DNA of 64,000 nucleotides, taken from assembly GCF_964188315.1 (NCBI RefSeq), contig NC_135666.1:15438001-15502000 (forward strand), given 5' to 3'. A program made the position numbers and the translations under genes. The notes below the pieces were generated by a model. The model searched no databases, was not told the DNA's origin, and worked only from the letters and a program-made list of their open reading frames with translations. Below, piece after piece: positions 1 to 12,590 of this stretch (position 1 is the first letter of the stretch; each line of letters starts with the position of its first letter). Origin of the DNA: Podarcis muralis (Eukaryota).

Positions 1-45
1 CAGACCTCCGGAATGAATTAAGTTCGTAACCGGAGGTACCACTTG
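1..45 (+). mobile_element. End of a related Tigger-like MITE cut by the window edge
   Basis: GACCTCCGGAATGAATTAAGTTCGTAACCGGAGGTACCACT resembles the right end of 12349-12590. Confidence 0.75.
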
Positions 46-1508
46 TAATGTGAAGGATGTGTTTAAGATCTCTGCCAGGTGCTTTAAATCGAAAATAAGG
101 GTTTCTAATGTGAAAATGAGCTATTTATAATTGAAACAATGGTCCTGGAAATGTGGCTGTTTAATTAGAATGATCGCAGGCTTACCGAACTGTGCTACAG
201 GTTACTTTTCTCCCACTTATACCGTACAAAGACATAAAGCAGAGAAGTTTATTCCAAAACAAGTGTACATTCTAGGAAATGCCGTGTTTACATTCCCATT
301 CAGCCAAACCAAGTTAAGCTTTATGTGTGAAAATGCCTTTATCCTGTACATATGAATTATAGCTTATCCAGCTCAGTCACAACCACTTACATTTTCCAGA
401 TTATTTTCTAACCACCACTGTGCTACCTAAAGCAGGTCTGAAAATTTACTCAGCTTACCAATCCTTGCTTTTTGCCAAACTTCAACTTGGGAGGGTTAGT
501 AGAGGTGCAAAGTAAGCTTGCAACTGCACATTAGAAAGCATATTTTGAAAAGCTTCTCATAATTAGCAGCAGAAATAGAGATATTTAGTTGAGAATTACT
601 GTATGGCAGATTGAAGATTTGCTTGGCTTGTTGGTGGTATTTATTTAAATCCAGCAGCTTTAGATTTCTGTTGTGTGATAAGACACTTTCAGGAGTGCCC
701 TTTAAATGAGAGCTGAAGGATAGCAGAGGGTTAATCAACTTTGCCAACCTGGTTCCCTCCAGATGTTTTGGACTACAACTCCCATCAGCTCCAGCCAGCA
801 TGACTGGAGGTCAAAGGATGGGATAACACAAGAAGCATGGAACCACCCATCAAATACAGAAGCTCAGAGGAGCAAACACACACAAAAATTAAGAAGAGGA
901 AGAAGAAGAATTCAGGGAACTTCACAAAAAGGTTTGTTTACATATAACAGCTGTTAACGGCAGACCCAGGAAATGTGACATGAATGGAAGCTGCTCCCAG
1001 AAGACAGTCATGTTGCAAAGATGAAAAGAAAGCTCTTACAGAAAGGCCATCAATATTAAAAAGGAAAGTGTTGCATGTAAAAGGCCTCAGGTTCAATCCA
1101 TTGTATCTCCAGTTAAAAGGACCTCCTGGGAAGCCTCTGTCTGGGACCTTGAAGAACTGCTGCCAATCACTGGAGGAGATGGTACCATTAAGTTTATATC
1201 CTTTACAGCCACTTTGGCCAACTAAGCATTTCACAAATAGCATTTACATCTTAAAACATTTTTTTAAAAAAACAGTACTGAAATACAAAAAGAACAGTCC
1301 TCATCACCAGGAACTGCTATCAGGAAAAAAATCCATTGCTTCATACCTTGTGGTATGAATCGCATGTGACACAAACGCCTTAAGTGTCACCTCTTACTTG
1401 CCTAAAAAGGCCCATGAGAGCCGCTTCATCACTTTTGATCATCTTTTTCCAGCTCTACAATAACTTTTTTGAGCTGAGGGCAGCCAGAAGTGTCCAATTT
1501 ACCACCTA

Positions 1509-1853
1509 GGTAAAGGTAAAGGGACCCCTGACCACTAGGTCCAGTCGTGGCCGACTCTGGGGTTGCGGCGCTCATCTCGCTTCATTGGCCGAGGGAGCCG
1601 GCATACAGCTTCTGGGTCATGCAGCCAGCATGACTAAGCCGCTTCTGGCGAACCAGAGCAGCGCACGGAAACTCCATTTACCTTCCTGCCAGAGCGGTAC
1701 CTATTTATCTACTTGCACTTTGACGTGCTTTCGAACTGCTAGGTTGGCAGGAGCAGGGACTGAGCAATGGGAGCTCACCCCGTCACGGGGATTCGAACTG
1801 CTGACCTTCTGATCGGCAAGTTCTAGGCTCCGTGGTTTAACCCACAGCTCCAC
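1509..1853 (-). mobile_element. Sauria SINE (Squam1/POM-type)
   Basis: Shows the typical (ACCTTT)n tail and B-box-like GGTTCGAATCC head in reverse. 15-bp TSD CCAATTTACCACCTA at 1494-1508 / 1854-1868. Confidence 0.92.
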
Positions 1854-2454
1854 CCAATTTACCACCTACTGCAAATAGTTACCAAAACATGCAGCTGGAC
1901 TGGTGTGCCATCAAGTGTTAGAAATGCAGGTGTTTAAGCAAGGCTCCAAATGGCACCTTAAACCTGGGTTATGGCCACCACAATGGAATGTCTATTTGCC
2001 AGGGAAATCAACAAGATGACCTTTGGGATCCGTTCCAACACTACAATTCTCAACACTACTTTCCAGCCGCAATGTGGCTACTAGTTGTTTGAAAGCCCCC
2101 TCCCCTTGTTTACAAACGGATTGGAACCTGACAGTCTTCAACTTCACATGCCAATAAATATCGCAAAATATATGTAACAGAACAAATGTTCCAGTATTAT
2201 GACAAACATCTGTCCCTTTGTTTACTGAAATAAACCTCTCTACACACCTCAGTTAAGCTGACATTAATTTTGATTGAAGTGCTCTGTAGTGCCAGTGGTG
2301 CTATTCTAATGCTCCGGTGCAATGATAATGTTGTCATGTACAATGCTGTCGAAATAAATAACAACAGTAATAACTTGTAATTATTTATATAGCCTGATGA
2401 ATATACATGGCGCTTTACATACTAACACAGGATAGAACAGAGAGAAAGGAGCAG

Positions 2455-2539
2455 GAAGAAGAAGAAGAAGAAGAAGAAGAAGAAGAAGAAGAGGAGGAGG
2501 AGGAGGAGGAGGAGGAGGAGGAGGAGGAGGGGGGGGGGG
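2455..2539. repeat. Compound polypurine (GAA)n(GAG)n(G)n tract
   Basis: Seen directly; it produces spurious poly-E and poly-P ORFs. Confidence 0.95.
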
Positions 2540-4405
2540 ATAGAAAGGGGTTTCCAGGTTATGAATGTGAGCAAATGCACTCAGGGTTTTGAAAATCACA
2601 ACAGGAAGCATATACTGGAAATTTTCAAATACAGGCCCTTGCAAACCTATCAGAATCTTCCTGGACAACAGTCACTTTTATTACGTCAATTCAAAATGCT
2701 ACCCAGGGTATTTTAGCTGCACTACTGAGGCTCTGCTAGGCAAAAAGAGATCAGAGTGCAAGCCAAACTACTTACCAAGATTACATACGGAGTCCAACTT
2801 TGGATATTGGGGATTAATGAATTTGTGGGAAGAACAAACAGCTCCCCTCTCCTCTGTAAAGTGCTTCCAACACAGGTATTTATGCATGTTCAATATGTGT
2901 GCTACCATGTATACATGTATGGCGCCGAACCCAGAAATGACCCAGAAACATCATAAGGATGTCACTAAAATGTCACTAAAAGGGCAGAACTGGGGGGGAG
3001 GGACAGGGGGGAATGGGGAATTTTCAGGCTTTTTCAATTCTATGAAATTTCACTGCTGTGGGCAGTGCCTCGGAACGTAACCTCCGCGTAAAGAGAGGGC
3101 GTGTGAGAGGTGGGCATTGGAGATGGGGGTATTCTGCATCTGACCCACAAGTTGGCTCTGGTTCCCCATCCAGTGCTAGGTATTTAGCAACGTTAAATAT
3201 TCCTAGGTACAGGGAGGACATTTTCAATGGTTGAGAGCTTTGCCATCAGCAGTTACGAAAGGTTACTAGGGCTGCTTTGGCACGTGGAAGAATATAAATT
3301 CAACAAACAAACAAGTTTGTCCCTGCAAAAGCAACTCAGTCAAAACATTAGCCTACTCTCTCCTGTACTGTCAATTAAATTGTGTTACAATATCCTACTG
3401 TATCTCCCCAGTACTTTCTCTACACTTGGGGAGTTCAGATTACTGGTAACTCTATGTTGATTTTAATGGATTCCAACTCTACAGCTATCAAAAGCAGGTT
3501 AAAATTACAAAAGGGAATAGAAGTTCCAAGTCACAATTGTCTGTATTTTTAACTATTTCTGATTGTTTATGAAATTCGGTAAGGCACAATTTATGTACAT
3601 CTATATTGTCCTTCCTTCCTTCCTTTGCTATAATCATTTTGAAAACGGTATTTGACGTTTATGGTCCATAGACCAAATAAACTGAAATTAATCTGATTTG
3701 TGATGTCAGCACATGTTTCTACACTCCCAAACTCTAAGATGCACTTGTTCTTTTTGTCTGTTATTTTGCAGTAACCTTCATTTGGAAAGTAAGGTTGCAG
3801 CTGGCCCCTTGGAGATGCTAATTTAAGTAAGGAATGCAGTCCAAAATGTATGCATGTGATTTTGCCCCATCCCACGCCCCAAACATGTACGTCTATCGAG
3901 ATGATGACATGACACAAGTGGACAGAGAAATTAACATTTTACATAATACAGTGTACTCTACTATACCCATTTCACAATTCAATTGTTACTACAAATTTCA
4001 CAAGAGAAACTGGGTTAAAAAAAAATGTTTCTCATTTCTACCTAAGAGGTGAATTGAACTGAATATCTGCTCTTCTGGATTGTTAATTGCTAGATGCAAT
4101 GGTTTATTACTTTGGCTCTGGAATTCCCCCCCCCCCTTTTGTTAATACTGGCTTTAATTTTATTTTAACGTAATGTTGGTTTTTGAATGTTAATTTTTTA
4201 TTATATTTTTATGCTTGCATGTTCTTGGTCAGGAAAGGCAGCTTATAAATATTTAAATAAATAAAAAATGTATTTAACAGCCGAGGGACATTCATGCAAA
4301 CTGTCCCTCAGGAACAATGTTTCACACGGCTTTCTGCTCATCCTAAGGCATACAGTAGATTGATAGTCAGTCCTATGCAAGTCAGAAGGAAGACAGCCTG
4401 AATTC

Positions 4406-4692
4406 AAGAAGAAGAAGAAGAAGAAGAAGAAGAAGAAGAGGAGGAGGAGGAGGAGTTTGGATTTGATATCCCGCCTTTCACTCCCTTTAAGGAGTCTCAA
4501 AGCGGCTAACATTCTCCTTTCCCTTCCTCCCCCACAACAAACACTCTGTGAGGTGAGTGGGGCTGAGAGACTTCAGAGAAGTGTGACTGGTCCAAGGTCA
4601 CCCAGCAGCTGCATGTGGAGGAACGGAGACGCGAACCCGGTTCACCAGATTACGAGACTACCGCTCTTAACCACCACACCACACTGGCTCTC
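4406..4692 (-). mobile_element. MIR/Ther1-derived SINE (Squam3-like) with (CTC)n(TTC)n tail
   Basis: Reverse complement of the element at 48490-48813: tRNA head, MIR-like core GGTGACCTTGG.CCAGTCAC and triplet tail. Confidence 0.88.
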
Positions 4693-4749
4693 AATAGGCC
4701 TTACTCCCATAGGATTACAACCAGAGAATGAAAAGCAATCCACAACTGG

Positions 4750-5920
4750 GGCTGAGCTGCTGGATCAGACCAAAGGCCTACACAGAACTGTCATCTTGTT
4801 TGCCTTAAGACATGACAGCAATAGCTCACTCTCTTGCTTCTGTCCCCTACTGATATTCAGGAGGATGTTTCCTCTGATCCTAGAGGCAACACAACAATCA
4901 TGTCTTATTAGCCATTGATAGATTTAACATCCATGAATTGGTCTTCTCCCCTTTTTAAAGCCAAACAAGATGGCGGCTGTCACTACATCTTGTGGGAGCA
5001 AATTCACTGCACGGAGAAATAATTTCTTTTGTCTGTCCTGAATTTCCCACTATTCAGCGACATTGGGAGACCGCAGGAGAAACTCCTCCCTACCCACTTT
5101 CCTCACACCATGCAGAAATTTGTACACCTCTATCAAGTTTTCCCTTTTCTAAACTAGAATCATAGAATCATAGAATCATAGAGTTGGAAGAGACCACAAG
5201 GGCCATCGAGTCCAACCCCCTGCCAAGCAGGAAACACCATCAGAGCACTCCTGACATATGGTTGTCAAGCCTCTGCTTAAAGACCTCCAAAGAAGGAGAC
5301 TCCACCACACTCCTTGGCAGCAAATTCCACTGTCGAACAGCTCTTACTGTCAGGAAGTTCTTCCTAATGTTTAGGTGGAATCTTCTTTCTTGTAGTTTGG
5401 ATCCATTGCTCCGTGTCCGCTTCTCTAGAGCAGCAGAAAACAGCCTTTCTCCCTCCTCTATGTGACATCCTTTTATATATTTGAACATGGCTATCATATC
5501 ACCCCTTAAACTCCTCTTCTCCAGGCTAAACATGCCCAGCTCCCTTAGCCGTTCCTCATAAGGCATCATTTCCAGGCCTTTGACCATTTTGGTTGCCCTC
5601 CTCTGGACACGCCCCAAGCAAAGTAAACCTTCCTCAGAGGGAAGGGCCCTTGACCATTTGGGTCGCTCCTTTCAGGACTTTTTGTAGCTCTGTCCCATCC
5701 TTTCCGAGGTTCTGGCAACCAGAACTATAAGCGGTATTCCAAGTAAGGTCACACCATGGACGCTTATAAAGGCATTGTGATATTGTCAGTTTTATTTTCA
5801 ATCCATCTCCTAATGATCACCCAGCATGGGTTCTTCTTTCCACAGCTGCCACGCCACAGGCTGATGTTTTAATTGAGTTATCTCCACCATGACCCCAAAT
5901 ATCTATTTCCTGCTCACCCA
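4750..5920 (-). mobile_element. Older degraded CR1-like element interrupted by the young CR1 at 5155-5612
   Basis: CR1-like motifs lie on both sides of the young copy (GCTGCTGGATCAGACC..., AGCCATTGATAG, GGTATTCCAAGTAAGGTCACACC, CCCAGCATG). Confidence 0.55.
5155..5612 (-). mobile_element. Young CR1 LINE 3' fragment
   Basis: Minus-strand frame [14 protein letters not shown]...[13 protein letters not shown]...[22 protein letters not shown] is the CR1 ORF2 C-terminus. Ends in (TTCTATGA)n repeats. Confidence 0.95.
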
Positions 5921-8460
5921 CATATCTAAAGGAGTAATGCAGCCTTTTTAGGAACACACAGGAAACTTTCTCACTTAGTCCCATATCATTCTGAAGAGCA
6001 ACTCTGATTGAAAGTAGGAAATCTGGGCCTCCTGTTTTTAAGCGATCAACAGGAAGCAGATAAAGATATTCTGCTGGAGGAAACCTGACAGAAGCAGTGA
6101 ATTGCAAGGATTTGAAAGTGGATGGAGGAATCATTACTGCTTGGCTTTTCTGTTTAATCACTCAGTCAGTTTTCATTGAAAGATGCTTCCATTTTGGCAA
6201 AGGCTTTTCCCACAAGGGAGATACTGAAAAAACACTGAGGTTTGGAGGACCACCAGCCATCAGTCTTCACTCTATATTCGCAAAACTCTCTCAATTTTCT
6301 CTACTTGGAGGGCAGCTTTAAAGTGCGGTTCTTTGCAGGGTGTGTGTTTGTGTGCCCACGCTGGATCATACGGATGCCACGTTTTCACTGGCACTTTTTC
6401 TACGTGCTTAGTGCCAGAAAACAACAGGAACGTCACCTTATCTTTAAGAGTCCGTTCATCGTCAATCAGAGTTTCATTTTAAGCTGCTTTTGTTCATTCC
6501 AAAAGGTGCTGCCCCACTTGCACCTCCAAACAAGCTAAAGAATTCACATTAACTCCTCCTTTGAGAATAGACCCTGCCATGGCCAGTTCTGTATCCCAGC
6601 TATCATCTTTTCAGCAGATCCCCACGTAGATCCTTCCAACTGTATGGCCCCTTTTCTACTGTGGTACATCCTCTCTGCAATTTGCTCTCCAGGGAAGGTC
6701 ATCGTCTCGGTTAGCACTAGATAATGACCATACATTTCAGTACCTGAGGCAAAGCTTCCCCTGCCACCCCCATGATGGGGGTTGGGAGACTCTGCAAGGG
6801 CTGCTCCCGCCTCCCTGTCATGTTATGGGGAGAAAGCTTTGGACAGCTTCTCCAAGCCTCACTACTCTTCTGGGCTGGGGGAAGCTCCCTTCCCGCCCAG
6901 TGGCGAAGCTGGGCAGGGAGACCTCCCCTCTCGCTAACTCAGCAAGAAGAGACTCATTACACAGAGCTTTGCCACTGGTCCCACCAGTGGGGAAGACCAG
7001 CAACAAAGCTGGGCAGTGGAATACTCTACCGCTGCTGCAGCCTCCCTTACCTGGGGTGCCACCGCTTCCATTCCACTGCCTGCGGCAGCTTCTTCACCCT
7101 GCATATTCTAGTTGGGCAAAAACATTTGGGGTGCAAGGAAGAGCCAGTGGTGACTGTGGCCTAGAGAGAGTTATGAGGGCCATAGGGAAGGCATTTGAAT
7201 GTGGGCCACAGTTAATTTGTTTCTTCCTTCAATTTCATGTTCCAGAAAAGCAGGGTTAGAAGCCCTCCTGGAAGAAGTTCCCAACAAACATCAAAATCTA
7301 TTGGGGGGGGGGGGAACCATTCATTTCCACACACACATACCATTTTTTAAAATGTGCAGCAACGTAGCAAGACTAGACACAGGTCATTGACAAAAGGAAA
7401 CATGAAAGTCACCTCAGTCTGTGCTAAAGCTGGAAGGTGAATAATTCCCTATAAAAACACTGGCAGTGAGCATGAAATGGAATCTGCCCTGTTATCAAGT
7501 ATGCTCACTTAGCAGTTCCTTCGCTCCTCACAAAGGCAGTCCAAATCTGTTGTTCAAAGAAAACCCTGCCTGACAGCTAAACTGTGCTGTCATTCTAAGC
7601 AAACTGACAACTTAAGGTTGAAATAATGGAGAAAAGCAGAAGATGAGACAGTGCTTTCCACTTCATTCTGTTTTATAATATTTATCTATTTGTACATTTA
7701 CACTGAACTTGATGAAGGATTTTTTCCACACACACAAAAACCACGGTGGGATTATGATAAACAATATTTTGTAGTGCCTCGATTTCCCCCTTCACCCCAG
7801 GCACTTTTAAGATGCAACACACCTACCTCAAAACATGTAGACCCTAGTGATGCAGTTCAGAGAAAAACTTTGTTGCTTGATTTTGCATAATATATAAATT
7901 GGCCCTAAGGCAAGCTAATGAAAAGAAAGAACAACTTCTGACATGCTCCAATTGCACCCATGCTCCAATGTTCATCTATGGAGTTTTGTGAGGATCAATC
8001 ATGCATATCCACACCAAGGTTTACCCAGGGCCTGTAATATTCTTAGCACAAATGCTCTTTGGGTAAATTTCGGTATGTAAATGATTTGGTCTCCTACAAG
8101 GTGGTCAATACTATGAACTCTCTTATGAAGCCCTGCTCCTTGAATTCATAAAGACAAATATGTTTGTGGTTATTATAACTGGTGGGAAATACCAAAACAG
8201 ATTTTCCTGCAAGTTCCTACTTAATGTTAGAACATGGACTTCTCCTGAAAAGAGAAGACTTCTCTTTTTAATAGGACTTCTCCTATTAAACTGATGCCAT
8301 ATTTGAACCGGGAGTTAATTTCTCTGCCATTGTTTTCATTAGTGCCTATCTTCAGCCTCTTAGCCAATTACCAAAGATTGGATAGTAGTAATTAAGTGGC
8401 CATGCTCAGAAAAAAGAGAACTTTAAAAAGCACTGAATAAAAACAGAAGTGAAAGAACAA

Positions 8461-8700
8461 ACTACAATGTGGAACTTAAAATAAGAAGGAGCGATACCGA
8501 ACTGGGTGCAAGGATTGGTGTTGCATGCTACCAAATTGTATCTGCATTGGATTCGATTTTATATAGGCAATTGCTGTTTTCGTTAATAGTTTTATATGTA
8601 ATTTGTGTGTGGGGGGGGGGAGAGTTTCTAATACTTTATTTTGAAGTTAAAATAATCCAGTAAGAAATATGAAATAAATAAAAAATAAGAGAAAAAAGTG
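8461..8700 (+). mobile_element. Probable degraded L1 3' end with A-rich tail
   Basis: T-rich UTR-like stretch, then AAATAAATAAAAAATAAGAGAAAAAAG. Peptide similarity is weak. Confidence 0.35.
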
Positions 8701-9006
8701 CAAAAAACCCCACAGCCATTACTTAGTACACTCTCAAGAGACTAGAGTGAATTAAGATACTACAACAAAAATGACCTAATACAGAATAAATACATAACAA
8801 ATGTTATGAACACCAAATAAAGGCATGTTTCATCAGAACTTGCCATCCCTGTGATTGAGCTATCACATTACAGTAATAACAAATATAGCTACAAAATGGG
8901 AGACAAAATCCATAGGTTTAGCTGCACTTTGAAATATCCTTAATTTGTAAGTTAGTTTCTCAGAATAAACATTACTTTATTGAAACAATTATTTAAAGAA
9001 ACTTCA

Positions 9007-9151
9007 TGGATAGCTCACTTGGTTAGAGCATGGTGCTGGTAACATGAAGGTTGCAGGTTCGATCCTCGTATAGGACAGCTGCATATTCCTGCATTGGAGG
9101 GGGATGGACTAGATGGTCCTCAGGGTCCCTTCCAACTCTAGAATTCTATGA
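9007..9151 (+). mobile_element. tRNA-derived SINE with a CR1-type tail (Squam2-like)
   Basis: A-box TAGCTCACTTGGTTAGAGC and B-box GGTTCGATCC. The 3' ~60 nt resembles the CR1 3' UTR and ends TTCTATGA. Confidence 0.85.
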
Positions 9152-9420
9152 AAAACCTGAGGACCTTGCCTTAGCACATGTTAAAACATTAGGCATTCCC
9201 CTAGTTACCACTGTCAAAATGTGTCACTGTAAAGGGGGGAAAGGGCCATTTCTACCATCTCAAGATATCAATGGCTGCATATACACCATACATTGAAGTA
9301 CATTACTTCCCCCAAAGAATCCTGGAAACAGTAGTTTGTTAAGGGTGCTGGGAGTTGTAGTTATGTGAGTGGTAAACTACAGTTCCCAGATCTCTTTGAG
9401 GCCCGTCTTATGCTTTAAAT

Positions 9421-9718
9421 CAGGGGTCAGCAAACTTTTTCAGAAGGCCGGTCAACTGTCCTTCAGAGCTTGTGGGGGGTCGGACTATGGGGGGGGGGGG
9501 GGAGAGATGAACGAATTCCTATGCCCCACAAATAACCCAGAGATGCATTTTAAATAAAAGCACACATTCTACTCATGTAAAAACACCAGGCAGGCCCCAC
9601 AAATAACCCAGAGATGCATTTCAAATAAAAGGACACTTTCTACTCATGTAAAAACACACTGGATTAAGAAAGCGGTTGGGCCACATCCGGCCCCCGGGCC
9701 TTAGTTTGCCTACCCATG
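9421..9718 (+). mobile_element. hAT non-autonomous element with an internal tandem duplication
   Basis: TIRs CAGGGGTCAGCAAACT / AGTTTGCCTACCCATG. 8-bp TSD CTTTAAAT / CCTTAAAT. Confidence 0.85.
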
Positions 9719-10562
9719 CCTTAAATGTATGGCGCTTGTGTAGCAGGAAATTTGTGTTACATTTCAAAAATGCTTTATATTGGGGGGGGGGGAGAGGTAC
9801 TTATAATATTTGTACTGATAAGAAGGAGGCAAATCTGCCAGAGAAATCCTTTCTTACAAAATGTTCAGAGCCACAATGCCACCCGTGTTTCTTAATTCAG
9901 AATGCCGTGACACAGAACTACAACCAGCAAGTAGAAAGAGGCATGCCAGTGCTGTTGAATGACTTATCTTTTAAAAAACCGAATGGATTATCATGGTTAC
10001 GCTGTAATGATGAGGCAAACAAAAGAAATTTCATTTCCCATCAAGCAATATTCTCATATGCATTTGCTTCAGTGACTTTAAATAAGGGATTTGTTTTATT
10101 TGCTGATTGATTAAGTTGTTAAATCACGAATGTTTTTTTGTCTTCCCATGTAATTATATCTGGAGATTCCAAGCATTATCAGTCTCTTTCGGATTTGTAC
10201 AGCATGACTTACTTGCTTCCAGCACGTTGCAAAAAAACTCACGGGGGTTGGGGGGGTGCATTTGTTTATAAAGTGCATTTATTTCTATACCCCGCCCTTT
10301 CTCTAAGACAGGAGTGCAGGGTGGCTTACAATCAGAAGATGCAATATAGAACAGAAGGTTAAAAATATATACAATAAAAAACTGGCTAAAATAATAATTT
10401 AAAAAATACATTAAACACAAATTTGGGTGGCAGAAAAGACAGCCATACCAGTTTCCTCACTGCTATGATGCAACAACCATGTCCGAGGGGGCAGTCATAC
10501 GTGTCTTTTCCACACCTAAACTGCTCTCCTTTTCTAATGTTAGGGTGTGAGCTGTTCATAAA

Positions 10563-10790
10563 CAGAATCATAGAATCCCCCCTGATGGGACCCTGAGAGT
10601 CATCTAGTCCAACCCCCCTGGAATGCAGGAATCTCAGTTAAAGCACCCATGACAGATGCCCATCCAACCTCTGCTTTAAAACCTCCAAGGAAGGAGAGTC
10701 CACAACTTCCTGAGGGAGACTCTTCTGCCTGATGTTTTTCCTGATGTTCAGTCGCAATCTCCTTTCTTGTAACTTGAAGCCATTGGTTGG
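10563..10790 (-). mobile_element. CR1 3' fragment
   Basis: AGAATCATAGAATC tail. The minus frame reads NGFKLQERRLRLNIRK...EVVDSPSLEVLKQRLDGHLS. Confidence 0.85.
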
Positions 10791-12348
10791 CGAAGCATTA
10801 GAAATGTTCCCATCGGTATCAATGGAAATCATCGACTCATTATGAGAACGCACTGTGTTTGGATGGCGGGAATTGTGGGGATTTATATGCCACTTTGCAA
10901 TAGTGGGCAATGCCCAAAGGGGCCACATCAGCAGCGTCCAAATAGCAGCTTGGGATTTTGGGGTTTCTCACCATGCTAGATGCTTTACACCTCGCTCCCT
11001 TATCACTGCTAGGGAGATACTGGTGAGTATCAATGAAAGATCTGCCTCCTCTTAGAGGAATTTGCAGGGTCTTCCCAGTCACTCAGCCTGTTCCCAACTA
11101 CTAATATGCAAGCAACATTTTCAGTCTTTAGCCTTTATAATTTCCCTGTATGGATTACTTCCGACGCTTGGAAGATGTTCATGCCTCATTATATAGCCCC
11201 CCTTCACTTGAAACACGCTTTTGATATGAAGCGTGTTTGTTGATGAAAAAAGGAAAAGACACCTTTAGAACCGGCTAATCATATTTAGAACAATCCTAAA
11301 CATATTGACTTAGAAGTAAATCCCATTGAAGGGGAAAGCCGTAGAGAGAGGGGGGTTCTTATTGTCAACATATAGGACAAGCATGACTCTGACAAGGAGA
11401 GGAAGACTGGATTTTTGCATAGCATTGCAAGAGAGCGTTGTCTAGGAGGGCAAAGCAGATAAGAGGCCGAAAGGACGCACAGAATGCACCGGGGCCATGT
11501 GTACGTCTCGCTTCCCAGTAGGCAGGCTGCTCAAAGCACAATGGGCTGCTTCACATACAATACAGAAGGGGCCATTGTCTCTCCCATATTACCATGTCGA
11601 TGGAACATTCCTCTGCAAGACACAGATGCCTCAGCAACAAAACTGCAGCTTTTATCAAAGCCGAACATCTTCTGACCATGCGCTTGAGTGCAAACCGACT
11701 GGCATGCACTTCCTTGAGTTAAAACTGGGATTAGAAATAGCCTCTGAATGTGTCATACTGCGCATTTACCCCACCAAAAGAGAAAGGCATTTCTAAGTGT
11801 TAGTCAGAGACACAGTCGCAGTAAAGGCTGTTCACTCTAAAAAAAGGGTTCCGGTTCTTATTTTGGGGCTCTTTCTGCAGACGTCTGGTGTGGCTTTTGT
11901 TATTTTGGAATGCTATTCAGTTTATCAGTGCAGACGACAGAAAGTTAAAAGGGTCTTTCAGGCTTTTAACGCAGGTGGGTGTGTTCATTTTAAATAAAAT
12001 TTAAGCAATGTACTAGAGAGCCTTTTGTTTCATTAACTGCATGGGCCTTCCTAGCATACTCCAAGTGGAGGGGGTTTCATGCAAAGGTGACCTCAAGCTT
12101 TTACGGCATGCTTTGTCCTAGGATCCCAAACCGTGAGTTGGGGAATTAATGAGACACCTTCATGGGAAACAGTGGTTGTGGTCACAAACACAGGGATTCT
12201 GGGAGTAATTCGCTGCTTGAAACCAGGCCAACAGCAGGGGAAATGTCTCCTGTCAGAGCCAGAGTAGGAACTTTGCGAGCAACAACTGCTGCTTGAACTG
12301 CTCAATTGCTCTCTTCAATACAAATCCTAGGGCAGGCAGATGGACATA

Positions 12349-12590
12349 CAGTGGCACCTCGGGTTACATACGCTTCAGGTTACATACGCTTCAGGTTACA
12401 GACTCCACTAACCCAGAAATAGTGCTTCAGGTTAAGAACTTTGCTTCAGGATAAGAACAGAAATCGTGCTCCGGTGGCGCGGCAGCAGCAGGAGGCCCCA
12501 TTAGCTAAAGTGGTGCTTCAGGTTAAGAACAGTTTCAAGTTAAGTACGGACCTCCGGAACGAATTAAGTACTTAACCCGAGGTACCACTG
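12349..12590 (+). mobile_element. Tc1/mariner (Tigger/pogo-like) MITE
   Basis: TIRs CAGTGG(C/T)ACCTCGGGTTA with a TA on both sides. Internal CTTCAGGTTA(A)G/C repeats. Confidence 0.9.

Noticed and set aside
5240-5617. 125-aa ORF as a host gene
   Set aside because: It is the CR1 ORF2 C-terminus of a 5'-truncated copy.
9007-9080. tRNA gene
   Set aside because: It has A/B boxes but no complete cloverleaf or acceptor stem, and it continues into a CR1-type tail. It is a SINE head, as are the other tRNA-like heads.
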